DNA from: Lepidodermella squamata
Lineage: Eukaryota > Animalia > Gastrotricha
Length of the DNA: 64,000 nucleotides
Direction: 5' to 3'
Assembly (NCBI GenBank): GCA_047495785.1
Contig: JBLDXI010000017.1
Location: 2,232,001-2,296,000 of the forward strand
The translations under genes and the position numbers were made by a program. Positions 49,682 through 63,231 of the stretch are shown piece after piece. The notes beneath the pieces were generated by a model. The model was not told the DNA's origin. It saw only the letters and a program-made list of their open reading frames with translations, and ran no database searches. The stretch's first letter is position 1; each line of letters opens with the position of its first letter.

Positions 49682-52600
49682 ATGAGTTTCTTGTACGAGC
49701 AAATGTTATCTGCGGCCACCGATGTCCTAAGTCAGGCGTCCACCTCAGCGAGCACTACAATGACTAACGTCAGCACTGATTCAACGGCGCCAAACAGCGG
49801 CCGCACACCTGGTCACTTGGATTCTTTCAACGGTAAATACTCTAATACTTTGTAATAAGTAATAAGCCTTTGGGCACGAGTTCTTGCTTTTTTCTGCTGA
49901 ACCTTGGACCCTATCACGCTACTTTTTGGCAAAAAAACAATAACCAGTGATTGTTAATCGGAAAATCAAATTTAAGGCGACGCGCGATCACGCAGTGGTT
50001 TTTTGCGGGTGATTGTTAAGCTCTATTATTTATTTAAGGCGTCTGGCTAGAAAAAAAATGTTTTTACGAAAATCCTGCCAGAGATGGCGATAGACTTATT
50101 TTGTTGATTTGTTTGATCGCTTGTTATTTGACTCATCTTTCGCTATTATCTCTTCAGTTCATTGCCTGTCATACTCTCATCATCAAAGCGCCTTGTCCCA
50201 AGTTTCTATGGATTCTGGAAACGATTCAAACGCGACGAACGAATTGGGTGGTTTGAATAAAACGAGTCAGGCATCGGCACTACACGGATCCGAGCTGTCG
50301 CTGAGTTCATCGGGCGCTACGGCAATCACGGCTTTGACCCCTGAACCAACTGAATCGCCGGCTTCATCGTCGCCTGGTGGTTCGCCGCGAAGTGTTTGCT
50401 CTACGCTGACCTCGGAACAAGCTACAGAACATCAGTCGATTCAAAACGACCATGAAGCTATTGAGCGTAACATCACCTGCGCGGAATGCGGCTGCTTTTT
50501 CGATGGCCTCCACCGACAGCCAAGGGTATTTTTAACGATTTTTTAATCTATAACTATCAATAGGAGCTCTCGTTTTGAAGATGTTGGACTGCATTCACAC
50601 ATTTTGCGAGCCGTGCTTGATTCGGCGCCAGATTCCTTACTCGGCCAATCCGCCACAGCTCAGCATAACTTGCCCACTGGCCGATTGTGGCCTGATCACT
50701 GTTACAACTGCAGTTTCTGCTCTTCAATCAAATATCCCAGGTAATAATATTTTAGTAATTCAATTTCATAAAAATCTAATTTTTAAGGTGGATTTAAAAT
50801 TTTAATCTCACATTTTTCCTAGATCAGCATTTCAGAATTTTCTCGAAAAATTGATTTCCTGTAATACGATTTAAATTGTAAACACCATCGTCTATGGTTG
50901 TCGTAACGAGGCGTAAATTTGGGCAGAAATGCATATTTTTGAAGTTCTGAAATTCGAATGAAAGGTCAAAAAGACGATTCCTGATTTTTTGCAAATTTTT
51001 AGAAATTTTCGCTTTTTACCTGATTGTTGACCTTATTAAAAGTGTTTGGCTAACTTTAAGCAATCAGGGGTTAATTTTGGAAACAAAAGCTGATGGAGAC
51101 TTTTATGTTTTTAATATCCATCTCTAAAATTTTAATAACATGTGGTCCGTTTTTGTTTTAATTTATTTAGCCTTGACGATGTCATTGGTTGCTCGGATCG
51201 TTCAACTGATGTCGTCGCCGATTTGCTGCCATTGCTCGCACGAAGCTATGGTTCAGTATTTATGCTACTCCTGCCACTTGCTTGTCTGCCACTCATGCGC
51301 TATGACTCAACATACCGGCGCTCAGCATAGCGTCGATTCGGTGGAGAGCCTGAAATTAGCCTCACTAGACGCTGCCGGCGTCTCGCGCATCATCGACCGG
51401 TTTCGCAACAGCCGCGCCGCTTCGATGTCGCCTATGACGGTCATGTGCCCGCGGCACCCGGCCCTGCCCGTGTTCTCGTACTGCGAGACATGCAGCCAGC
51501 CGGTGTGCCAGGACTGCACGCCGAGCCATTTCAGCACCAAAGTTGGCGATCAGGTCACCATTCACCTGCTGAAAAACTTTGATGCCCAGACTTACAAGCA
51601 CGAGTGCGGCTTTTTCGGCGCTTATATTAAATTCATTCGTGAATCTGTCGGACAACTGAGAACTTACCTCGACTCGGTTCACAAGGCCCAGGCGGCTTTA
51701 CAACAGCAACACATCGACAGCAACCTGGCCGTGTTCCAACAATTCGACCAGTACGAGGCGAAAACCACCAATATTCAAAAGTTGTACGCCGAACAGAGCG
51801 ATGAAATGCAAGCTGGCATCGCCATGGCTGGCGGTATTGAGAAGTGCATGACCGATGTCGATCAGCTGCGCGATGAAACGCGCCGGCTGAACACGCTGTT
51901 CGAACGGGCGCGTGAAAACTGCTCCGCCGCTGAAATGAGCGCTTTGCGCGAATGGGTCAAGCGCAAGGTCATCGAAATTCGCCAACGCGTCAAAAACATC
52001 AATCACTCGGTCAGCCTCAAGCGCCGCCATTCGCTGCCATGCGTTGATATGAAACCTATCATTGATGTACGTTTTATTTCTTATGATTTCTCTAAATTTG
52101 CCGAAATTTTGGGGCGGGCTTGATTGTGACATTTAAACTAGAGAAAATTGCATGACTCTCGTTCGATTTTTGAAACATTTCAAGATCCTCTCATAAAACC
52201 CGTGCATTTCGCAGATGGAGCTGCCGAAATTGTTCGACGCCCGTCTCGACTTGAAGCAAGGCCCTGCTGCTTATGGCACTGCTCATCCCGCGGCTACCAT
52301 TCCTGCTACAGCCTACAACATGCCGTACAGTCGTTACCCGCTGCAAGCGCCAGTCAGCCTGGGCCAGCAGATCGGCTCGATGTCCGGCCAGTTCCAACAA
52401 CAACAGCCGCCGCGCTTCAGCACGGCGCCTATGAGCCAGGCGAGCATGCCGGCCGATTACGCCCATCAACAGCGTGGCGCATGGCCAACGATGAACCCGA
52501 CGGCCGCCGCTGCAGTCGCCGCAGCTGCGATGAACCCATACTACCGGCTGATGAACGCGCTGGCTAGCCAACAATCGCAGGGACAACCACAACAACAACA

Positions 52601-53864
52601 ACCGCCGCAACAGCAGAAGCTTTCTACCACCATGCGACCAAGCTCAGCGGTCGGCCGTCCGCAGTTCGGCAACTTCTGCACACCGGGTTCCGGCTACAGC
52701 CAAACGAGCAGTTCCTGCTCGACTACGCCGATCAATTTCGATGGCGATAACGACGATGCGAATGAGCACCAGCAGGTTGAGAGCGGCGTTGTCACTGATT
52801 CGCCGCTTTTAATGCCGTCGACTTCGGTCGCTATTCCAAACCGACTTCAACTGCGCTACATTGCGAAGATCGGCCAGTTTGGCGAGTCTGACGGACAGTT
52901 CACCGAACCTAGCGGAATTGCAACCAACCACCAAAACCAACTTGTTGTAGCTGACACCAACAGCCACCGCATTCAGGTTTGTTGAAAAAAAATGAAAATT
53001 CCGCCTTAAAAAAAATTGCTTTTTTTATGATAGGTTTTCAACAATCACGGTGCATTCCTGTGGCGTTTCGGCGAGTGCGGCAAGCGAGCTGGCCAAGTGC
53101 TGTACCCGAACCGTATCGCCATTGGCCCGGAGGGTGAATACGTTTTCACGGAGCGTGCGCCACAGTGTCTTGTTCAGGTTTTCGATTCGCAAGGCACTTT
53201 TATCCGCCGCTTCGGTTCCGGAGATCTCCGCCATCCTCGCGGTCTATGCATTGATCACGAGGGGCACGTTCTAGTGCTCGAGTGCCAGGTCATGTCCGTG
53301 ACCATCTACGACATGCGAGGCACCCGCCTGCGCCGGTTCAACTTCGAAGGCATCCGCTTTCCAAGTTCGATTTGCGTCAACGATCAACAGGAAATTTTCA
53401 TTGCTGACAACATTCAGCACTACGTTTTCGTAAGTGGGATAATTTCTATATTTTTATCAATTTTTTAATTTTTCGTTCCAGGTTTACTCTTATGACGGTG
53501 TTATGAAGCGTCGTATTGGTGGATATCCTACAATTAATTTCCCGGTTGGAGTTGCAATTAATCATCTGGGACAGTTAGTTGTTGCCGATAACCACAACAA
53601 TTTCAACATCACAGTTTTCACCCAAGATGGTTAATATTATTCAGGCAGTTTTCGGGGTCGTCTTCATTTTTTTCTCTCTTTTTAGGCACGCCGATTTCGG
53701 GTTATGAGTCATGCGTGAAACACGCTCAAGTTCTCGACGTCTGCCTGTTGAACGCTGGTCGAGCTGTTGCCATTTCGTGCAAAGACTACCGTGTCTATGT
53801 CTACCCGTACCAGGATTGCACTTCTACTTCACTTATGGATGTTTCAGCTGCGGATGTTGCTTAA
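49682..53864 (+). CDS. brat: Brat/NCL-1-type TRIM-NHL protein with an N-terminal RING
   Basis: RING CAEC..|..CIHTFCEPC..CPLADC, two B-boxes, coiled coil, Q-rich linker. NHL repeats GQFTEPSGIA..VADTNSHRIQ..FGECGKR..LYPNRIA, ADNHNNFNITVFTQDG, ES.VKHAQ and KDYR are Brat-diagnostic. Confidence 0.85.
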
Positions 53865-55467
53865 ATAGCCCAGGATGAATAAGCGGCTATTATTGATGTC
53901 GGACGAAGATGGATTATTTTTCAACGTCTCATCGACGAAATTCTGTTCAAACAATGTATTGATAATCGATTGATTGTTTTTTGTTCTTTCAACCCAATAG
54001 TTTTCTCTCGTGGTCTCTCTTATTATAATTAGCGTCGTGAAGTGAAAATAGCGAGGTGTGTGATTTATGATTGTTCTCAATGTTTTTGCGCGTTTTTTCG
54101 AACTTGTTCCAACAGTATTGAACACTTCTCAATTATTATAAAATGTGATAATTATCATGAAAAATCTCATGACATGTATTATTTCACTCGCTCGCTCTTC
54201 TAAGCCGCTTTTTAGCCTCGACATCGCTATAATTCGGCCGAATCTCGTCATCAAGAGCGCGAAAAACTCTGTAATTATTATTGTTGTGGCGTTGAAACAT
54301 ATATTTACTAATTGTATATCCTGGCTTCTATGTACATTTGTGTTAAATTTAATTATTACCAAAAAACGTTAAACAGCGGACTTGAAAATGCGGCAGCTAC
54401 AAAATCGACATTCAAGCTCCATGTTCTATACCTATAATTATCTTTAGATTATTCCGAGAAAAATATTTCATGTTTCATCTAATTTTTCGTATTACACGGT
54501 GGTCCCTCTGTATCGAAATAATGTGGAGACGATGTAAATGCTATGACTTCAGGAGAAAGAACGTTGAACAAATCCAGAAATTGTAAAAAAAAAATGTCTT
54601 GCTGTTGATCGTTTATCAAAGCGCTACCAATTGTTGCCTTCTAGCCAGTTCACCCCATTCAGCATTATTGCACCTTTCGGTTATATCTCATTTTTCGAGT
54701 ATAATCATGTTCGAGTTTTGACTTTGTTTTTCTTTTGTTTTTTTTTTCGTAATTTTCATCGTCCGTCTATATGTTTGAAAGATCAAAAAAGCTATCCAAC
54801 CTTGTGATAGCTCGCTGTATAATATTGCATGGAATTACGATTTGCGTTTAACAGGACAGTTTAATATTGTATATATTTATTAAATTATTGACTTGATTAT
54901 TAATATTGACTTATTTACCTCATCATGATTTTTTTTGCTTGAGCGTAAAGCCGGAATATTCCGGAATGACAATCGTATATACTGATTGATTTGTGGTTTC
55001 GTTTATGTTTCGCGCAATTATTTTTTTCGTTGATGAAAATAAAACTAATTGGAAAAGCGTGTGCGTGGTTAATGTTTGTCTTTGAATGCATCTTCGCCTT
55101 CTCTTCTTCCTCTCATCCTTCTTTTCTTCTTATTGTTTTTTCAGAAGCCTCGCTATATTACTGCTTATTAATTAACCTTTTTCGATTCGCAAGTTGATGT
55201 AAAAACACGGTTATTTTGACTATAAAATTGAACCACCTGTTGTTAGGCTGGTCGTGAAAAAAAACTAACAGATTTGATTTTCTTGAAGATTGCATTCAAT
55301 ATACAGAGCTTATGATGAAAGCCAGTTTTTCTGGTTTTATGCCGAATTAAAGTTATATGACTAAGCTAAAATAAAACTGCAACACACTTTAATTAATCTT
55401 TTTCATAAATCGGAATACCTGGGTATAAAAGTTTGATATTTATTTGATACGCTGATCTGGTAAATAG

Positions 55468-56111
55468 TTATTTGCTGCTGCTCGATTTGTTCTTCAGCAG
55501 TGACTGCTTGATAACTTTGGTCGGCTCGACAGCATATTTAGCCCCGGTCATCATTGCAACGAATTCTAAATTTGAAACGAAGCATATTCGGCTGATTCGG
55601 TTGATTGTGTACAGGCGCTTACCTTCGTAGCTTAGAGTTCCGTTTCCATCAATGTCGAAGACGTCGATAATTTTTTGAACCTCCTCATCCGACACAGTTT
55701 CGCCAAAATGTCTGAAAATTGTTTTAATTTCGCGAGCACTGATGTTGCCATTTCCTTCCTTGTTGAAGAACTGGAATGCGTACTGAAGTGATACCTGTTT
55801 ATACTCTTCGGTGGAGTCGTACAAGCATTTGCCCATGAAAGTGAGAAACTCAGTGAAATCAATCATGTTGTCGGCGTCAGTATCAACCTCGCGGAACATG
55901 TCTCGGATTTCTTCTTCTCGCGGGTTGAAACCAAACGCTCGATAGGCTGCAGCTAATTCAGCTGGAATGATAACACCATCACGCCGGCGATTTATCATGT
56001 TGAAGGCTTCCTTCAACTCGGAAATTTCATCCTGACTGAATCTGGTGGCCTGTAATAATTAAACGACATTGCTTTGTACACGGGCTTATTTACGGAGTAA
56101 TAACTTACCAT
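55468..56111 (-). CDS. Calmodulin-like EF-hand protein
   Basis: ATG|gtaagt first exon, then ATRFSQDEISELKEAF. Four EF-hand loops, EF1 degenerate. Intron in SYE|EFVAMM as in calmodulins. Basic C-terminal tail. Confidence 0.88.
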
Positions 56112-56693
56112 CTTCAGCTATAAAATAGTTGGTGAAATAAATACAAGATTTCCCGCAGGGAGCCACGACTCGGAGGTAAGCTGAGTGGACTGCCTTTCAA
56201 AGCGTTGCTATAGCCTGCAGCTGTGATTTATTTGTCCCATTCAGGTTTATTTCAATTAGATTACATTTGCTATTCAAAGAAAATCGTCTCAATAGCCTTT
56301 GAGAATACCCAGGAGAGCCTAAGCTAGTCCTATAGAAATGCGTTATTTATTCGAACCAAGACAAATAAACAAGACAATCTATGCACTGGAATTTTTATTA
56401 TTTCAATTTTTCAGCACATTCAGTGTTTCGCAGTATAGTATAAATATCGAAGAATCGAGAAGTTGTGATTTATTTCCTTGGAATAGAAATCCGTTAACAA
56501 AATAAAGCATAAAAAGACTCCGGCAATAAACTTGACTAAGGCATCGAAAAATGAAAACGCTTAACAAAAATAGAACGTAACATTTCCTCAGAGGCACACT
56601 TTTGAAGACTTGACACTATTAGGACAAATCTCAACATATATTTTATATAGTATGATGTGACAAGTTTGTCGGCTAAATGGAAATACTGATTGT

Positions 56694-57934
56694 TCATTCA
56701 ATGACATGCAGGTATTGATGAAGGAAATGCGAAGCAGACATGTTGAAAAATCCGACCCAATCATGATTTTCACGATTGAAATGATTATAGTGGAAGTTGG
56801 CGGACGTAACTAGTACCTCTGCATCCTCTCCCTTTACTGCAGCGATAAACTTTGAATGAAAGGTTCGCTTAGGGAAAACCAATTTGCTGAACACTTTGTA
56901 TTCCACAAAAAGCTGCTCATCGCTTGTGAGAGATCGGTTTATGTCTTGCCGAAGTTGAGTGACAGATTTGTCAACATCGCAAATCCTACAAGTATACATA
57001 AATCTTGTTTAAATATCGGCGCAATCCCTAAGAAGAGGCACTTACTTTCTGGTATAAATAGCTTCAATGTGGCAGTCTTTATTGGCGATGGCGAGCTTAC
57101 AAATCTGAAGCAATGCGGCGCTGTCAATGTATGGCGTGCAAACAAATACTTTATATTCCGGATTGCTGAGCCACCGGCATAACAGTGATCGCCATAATGG
57201 ATAAATGTAACGAATTCCATTCATAACAGCTCCACCTTTTCTCAGTACATTCAGCTCTTGGTTTAGATGATCAGATGACCACTAAAAAATGCATGCCGAT
57301 AAAGGTTTTCTGAAAACTCGAATAGACTTACAGTATCACTCTTTGTCGCAGAATTTATCCGAGCAATCGCAGTATTTATTTCGCCGCGAACATCGTCGTA
57401 AACTGCTTGCGTGTATCCAAATTCACGTCCGTCAAATATGTCAAAGGGTTCGACGCCGCGATATGCATTGTCTTCTTCCGCAAATGTCAAAGCTTTCGTG
57501 TAGTCCATCATTTGAACAGGAGGAACTTTCAAATAATTTTCAATTATTCGCTGAATGTTGTCCTTGAACCATTCGTGTGCGAATGGGCCATTTATAATAA
57601 CATTTCCGCTTTTCAAGAGAACATGAATGGAAACTTCCGGCAGCTTCAAGATTAAACGTTGACTGAGCATACTAAGGCGCTTGTCCAAAATTTTCTTATA
57701 AGGATAAGCATTAGTGGGGTAGTTTTGCGGATGCTGAAAAATAGCAAACTATAATCACTGACCTCTTTATTCTAGATTATTAACCTGTAACACATTAGTC
57801 CATAGAATAGCCAATAAGGTATTGCCGGCTTTTGAGTGAGGTCGAATATGAACAGCTGATATGGGAAGGTCCACGTCAACGTCCTCAGCGATTTGGCGCT
57901 TTATGAAGGATTTGACTAGCTTTATTTTATCCAT
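56694..57934 (-). CDS. Uncharacterised protein with a C-terminal PLD-superfamily (HxK...SAN) domain (4 exons)
   Basis: Exons join in frame via GT-AG introns. Motifs VFVCTPYID and FHSKFIAAV...VLVTSANFH...EN. Confidence 0.65.
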
Positions 57935-58386
57935 TTAATTAGCAAGCCTACCGCAAGGCTGTCTTTTAACCTACAGTAAAAATTGGGTTAGTCACTGGGC
58001 GTTTTCTCCTGTCTTATCCAGGGCAGGATAGGGGAAAATGAAAATGCAGGTGCTGCACTCATGGTCCAAAATGACCATGAAAATGCTCGCATGAAATCGA
58101 TTATAACCATGTAGTATGTATGGACAGGCTATCCATGTGCAAATTTGTATGATGTTGGGGCATTCGCTAAGTTTGAGGCCTTTTCCCATAAGACGGATGC
58201 ATATGAACGCGTCGAGGTGCGCGGAGGAGTTGGCGAAGTAGTTGTCCAAACTCACTCGCGTGGATAACCGCGTCTTTGGATACTTCCGTAACAACGCCAA
58301 TAAATAAAAATTAATTTAGCTAAAATATTAATATTTAATATGTCTAATAAATATTTACATATTTTTTTATGTTCGACCTTCACGCA

Positions 58387-60663
58387 ATGGCGTCCTTACC
58401 TCCGGGTTGTGGTTTTGTGAGCGTTTCATATTGAAGCCATGTCTATCACTTGATGACTGGATGACTCATTACTAATTGTGGCCCATCAAACATCAGGTCA
58501 TAGATTGCCTCCGCCGAGCCGTGAATTATTTTTACTGGAAATGGGTTTATTAAGTGATTACACTGTTTCTGAACAGTTCTGAGCCCGTCCTGAATTTTAA
58601 TGATGTGATAAATGGAATTAATATGCTACTAGAACGTCCTTCGATTTAATGATTGTTTCTAATGTTTAACCCGAGTTCGTTATGATGTTTCTTCAATTTT
58701 TAGCCCTTAGGATGCCCACAATTTATAAATAGTAAAAATATGCAGCAACCGCAAGGTCATTTATCAAATAAAAGCAGTCGTAAGTTTGTTATTCAATTTG
58801 TGTCGTGATAATTCAATTTAATTCAACCATACCCTACAGTTTATACCATTGGTAACGCCAAATGGATAACACAGAGATTGGTGCAAGATCATATGGGTGT
58901 GCATTACAAGAAATTGCTGAATGCCAAACCGGCTATTGACAATCGCACCCCGAAGTCAGCAAATACCAGCGTTAAAGCCAGGGATAGCAGACGGCGACAG
59001 GCTGTCTCTCAGTCGATGTCCCTGAAAGGTTCGCGACCATCATCTGTTGCTTCTCGACCTAGTCGACCTGTTTCGGTATTTGACAATGGGGAATCCGAAG
59101 AGCGTCGCCAGTTCATCGACGAGTTGCAAAGTATTTTGTCCGCTCGAGATTTGGAGGACCTTGATCCGAAGCTTGCCGAGCAGTTGGATCGACGCCGCGA
59201 AGTTCCAACTCCAACGTGGTCACCCTCTACGGCACTTTCCATTGCGGCTCCTCACTCATTGCACGGATCTACCACCCGTATTCGATCATCTCTAGGACTT
59301 GGTGGTGCTGGTGTCATATATAAAACCGGTAGACATCGCCAAATTGCTGGTGATCACATCGATAGGTTTGCTGATCGGTTTACTGAAACAGGCGATTTCC
59401 AACCTAGAACCTTGAAGAAAAAAGCGCAGTCATGGCTGGCTGCTTCCAAGTAATCATTGAACTTGAATTCTGTACGACAGGCATGCTATGAATTATTTTT
59501 TAGACACTATGTTCCTCCAAAGCAAAATCGAAGTGGGAAATCACCCGATGATACTTTCGACAAAAAGAACAACCAATCAGAAGTTTCCACTCCCTCAACG
59601 CCAATATCTCAACCTGCGTCAGCAAAGCCTCCCTTTCAGAGGACCGAAGTTAAGAAGAACGTACAGGCAGCTCCTGACACTGATACAAATCCAAGATTTT
59701 CCGATCCTCCAACAAACGCAAATTCTACGAATGTTCCCATCGAAGATCCATCTGTTGAAAACGCCAAGACAGCCTTCGATAATATCAAGTAGGTTTTGGT
59801 CCGATCTTTTTATTTTCTACTGTTTGCTCTTGTTGCTCAGCGATGAAAGCTGCGTCAAATTCATATCTGAAGTTACCCAAGACATACTAGACCGCGGCGT
59901 TTTCACAAATAAGTAAGTTTATTCTTTTAAAGTCATCATATTTAGTTTTTCTGTTATATCTATTTTTCCCATCAGAGCGATAGAAAATGTTTTACAGGAG
60001 CATTATTTCAAGAATAAGGGAAAAATCAATGAGGTATGCACTTTTTAAATGTATTTTAAGCTCGATTTTCAATGTAATATATTTGTACAGCGTAAACTCC
60101 AGCTCGCCTTATCTAGTCTACGGGAGGACTTCGGTCTCAACGAAACCGGTCATGAGGAGAAAGACGCATTCATCAGTGTACATGACAACTATTATTCTTC
60201 AGCGTTTCCCAGTGCTAATCAGGTCAGTGGGAGAGACAGCGTTCGCTCGTACGCCTCAGCAATAAATGAGGCAATACCCAGTCCGCGATCGAATTTATCA
60301 GCTTCATCAAGTAAAAATGAACCGACCAAGGCAAGTCATCCGCATAGTCAAGTGCGGATTAACATTACTAATATATTGATTTCCCTTTATGTTCAGGTTG
60401 ATCTTACGGTTGATGCTGCTGTTCAAGACGATGAACTGAATAAAACGGTCGATGAGCTAATTGCTAAAATAAATGAGCTCGATGCTAAACCCGTCGCTGT
60501 CGATCATGAAAAGCCAGAAAAGCCGCATCAAGAAAAAGAACTTGAATCGCATCCTGAGCTTAGCACTGAAGCATCTAGTAATTTGAATGCAGTAAAAGCT
60601 GGCGATGAACCAAAAGCTATGCATGAGGAAGTTTCAGCGGAATACGATGAGGACTTCGAGTGA
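58387..60663 (+). CDS. SPATA7: SPATA7 (HSD3-domain ciliary protein); start uncertain
   Basis: QGHLSNKSS..LVQDHMGVHYKKLLNAKPAID, FQPRTLKK.AQSWL, FISEVTQDILDRGVFTNK. Confidence 0.85.
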
Positions 60664-61123
60664 ACTTGATATCCGAATTAATCCCATGATTTATTGCGAT
60701 TGTTAGATCTGCTCGTTGTGTACTTAATGTATCTCTGAAATGTTGCTGCTAATCTTTTTGAGATTTTTTCCGGTTTTCCTTGATATTCTCTGCTAACTTA
60801 CTACGAGACTGTAACAACAGTTAAGGAAGTACTCAAGACAGTTATCTGTCAGAGATTGAACTCATTTTTTTCAATTTTTTGTCATGCAAGAATGACTTTC
60901 GCGAAGACACTAAGTTTGGCCATGGCTACAGCTGTTGACTTGAATGCCTTGCCAAAGTAAGGAAATATCGGAGACATTCAGTTAAATTTTTGTTCACGCG
61001 TTATTTATTCAAAATAATATCACTGTTTGGTGTCTCTATGATAATTGTTCAAAACAATTCATTTAAAAACGTTTACGCGAAAACTTGAAATCGAAGTAAA
61101 TAATAAGAAATTTTCAACACGGT

Positions 61124-63034
61124 TTACTGCCTAAATGATAATGGTTTTCGGTCGTTTTTGTCTTGTTGACCAGCGAGAAGCATTGCTAACGTCGATTCTG
61201 CGTTCTTGGTTCGAATGTCAGCCGCACCATATCGGAATGCACAAATTGATTTGAACTGAAAAGAAAATAATTTTATATAATGATTAGCCCCGTACGAAAA
61301 TGTACCTTTTTCAAATGTGCGGCTGCGTTTTCGACTTCACTTTTAACAAGGTACAAAGATACTAAGAGGTCATGAGTTTCCATCACTCGAAGTGAGAAAT
61401 CGCCGAAAACCAGCTTCTTGGAAGGTAGACCCTCGACTAGAAGATCAATGGCATCCTGAAAAAACAAGATTATATTACAAATAATTTTCATTAAACATGT
61501 AGAAATTGCTTACATCGTGCTTTTTCCCTTTAACGTAAATTTTTGCTAGCTCATCGCGGACTATGTGATATTGCCGAGTCTTTTTACCACCTCGAATGAA
61601 TAGAGGATTGTCCACATCTTCGAAAATTTCTATAATTTTCTTGATAGTGCCCTCGGCCATATCGCACTGGTTTTCCTTCAGCTGACATTTCGCGATTTGC
61701 ATGTAACAGTTGACAGCTTTGGACTTGAGCTGTTCTCGTAGGTTCTCAATCTGATCTTTCTCATCTCTTTGTTCTATTTTTGGCTCTTTTGCTTCATCTA
61801 AATTCGATTCCGTGAAAACCACAAAAATTTCCATCGCAGCTCGAATTTGATCATTGGCAGTTTTGTACCATCTCGCCGCTGCTTTCAAATCTGCCGAATC
61901 ACCGCGCAGCAGTTCTGTAAATCCCAATTGCCGATGATACTCAGCGATTTGTTTTATAGAAGCCAGATAATAAGGCGCCAGTTTCTCGGCAATTTCGATA
62001 GTGCTCTTTGTCTTATCACCAGCAGCAGATTTTATCAACGGAATCGACGCTAGTTTTTTCTTCTCAGCTTCAAGGGCCAATTGAATACTGGAGGCTGCCT
62101 GGCCATGGCGATTTTGACCGATGTATATTCCGGCATGGGTCGCAGCCAGTCGAATCTCGAACCAGGTAATATGCGCCTCGCTTATTGTAGGTATTCCCTT
62201 GATAATTTCGAGCAGCTTTTGCGCTCGTTTCGCAGCCTTTTCGGCTTCATCAAACTGACGCAATCCAACGAGTGATTTGCCTTCAATCAAATATAGCCGA
62301 CATATAGTTATGCGTACGACTGTGTTAACTGCTTCGTTCGCTTGGACAGCCTCGCTTCCGGCTAGCGCTAACAGAATGCCCTTTGCCGTCTTACAATGAC
62401 CAAGAGCTTGCTTGAAATATCCTTTCCAGTCAAGGTAAGCTTGAGCGAGGTTGACTAAAGCTTCGGCATGGTCAAAGCTGTGATCGCCGTAAGCTATTCT
62501 AGTGAGCGGAATGCACTGAATTAGAACCTTCATTTTTTCGGCCATGTCGGCTGAAATTAGGCGCAAACGACGCTCTTCAACTTCCGAAACTTCTTTCACA
62601 GCATCTTGCCTTTCCTTTTCCTCTTCAGCTTCAGTTTGAGCAAATAGCTCCGCAGTCGATGATTTTGCGGATCCTTCCGCGGCTGGCGTATCACTTGCCG
62701 TTTTTACTGGAAGCTTCGGCTCCTCCAATTCAGCGACTAGATATTCCGCCCAAAATTGTTCTTGTTTAATTATCTCCATAAACGATTTCAGCAGCACCTC
62801 AGCTGGTGAAGCGCACGGAACTGGGCACGGGTAAGAGTTTTTCAGCATTTTGTAGGTCGACGCCGTTTTCGAGCACGCATGCATCTTTTTGTCCTTTTTG
62901 GAGTAATAAGGAACATGGTCGGGGTCGGGAGAAACAAACTCCAGTGGTTGAATTCGGACGCTCATCGGTTTATTAGCCTCGTGGTCGTCGTCATCGACGG
63001 CGATTATCGATCCTTTCCTCATCAAATTACTCAT
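61124..63034 (-). CDS. TTC23: TTC23-like TPR protein
   Basis: LIQCIPLTRIAYGD...AEALVNLAQAYL..KG...QA..H matches the TTC23 family. Two 3' introns; stop at 61124. Confidence 0.75.
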
Positions 63035-63231
63035 TTTAAGAACGGCTCTATCTAAAAGAAATATTGTGAGATTTAATAAAGAGAAATTAAATGAATAATT
63101 TATTGAACAGTTGACTTCGAGCAGTGCCACAATTCCATTCAACTAATTGGTATAACAAAAGTTGAATAAGGAAACAACAAATGTTTTAAAATAGCATATA
63201 TGTATCACACGCCAATTATATGAATAGTTGT

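Noticed and set aside
57992-58300. 102-aa ORF and an 8-bp hairpin (tcatggtc/gaccatga) between divergent genes
   Set aside because: Non-ATG start and no motif; likely bidirectional promoter or UTR sequence, and the hairpin is within chance expectation.
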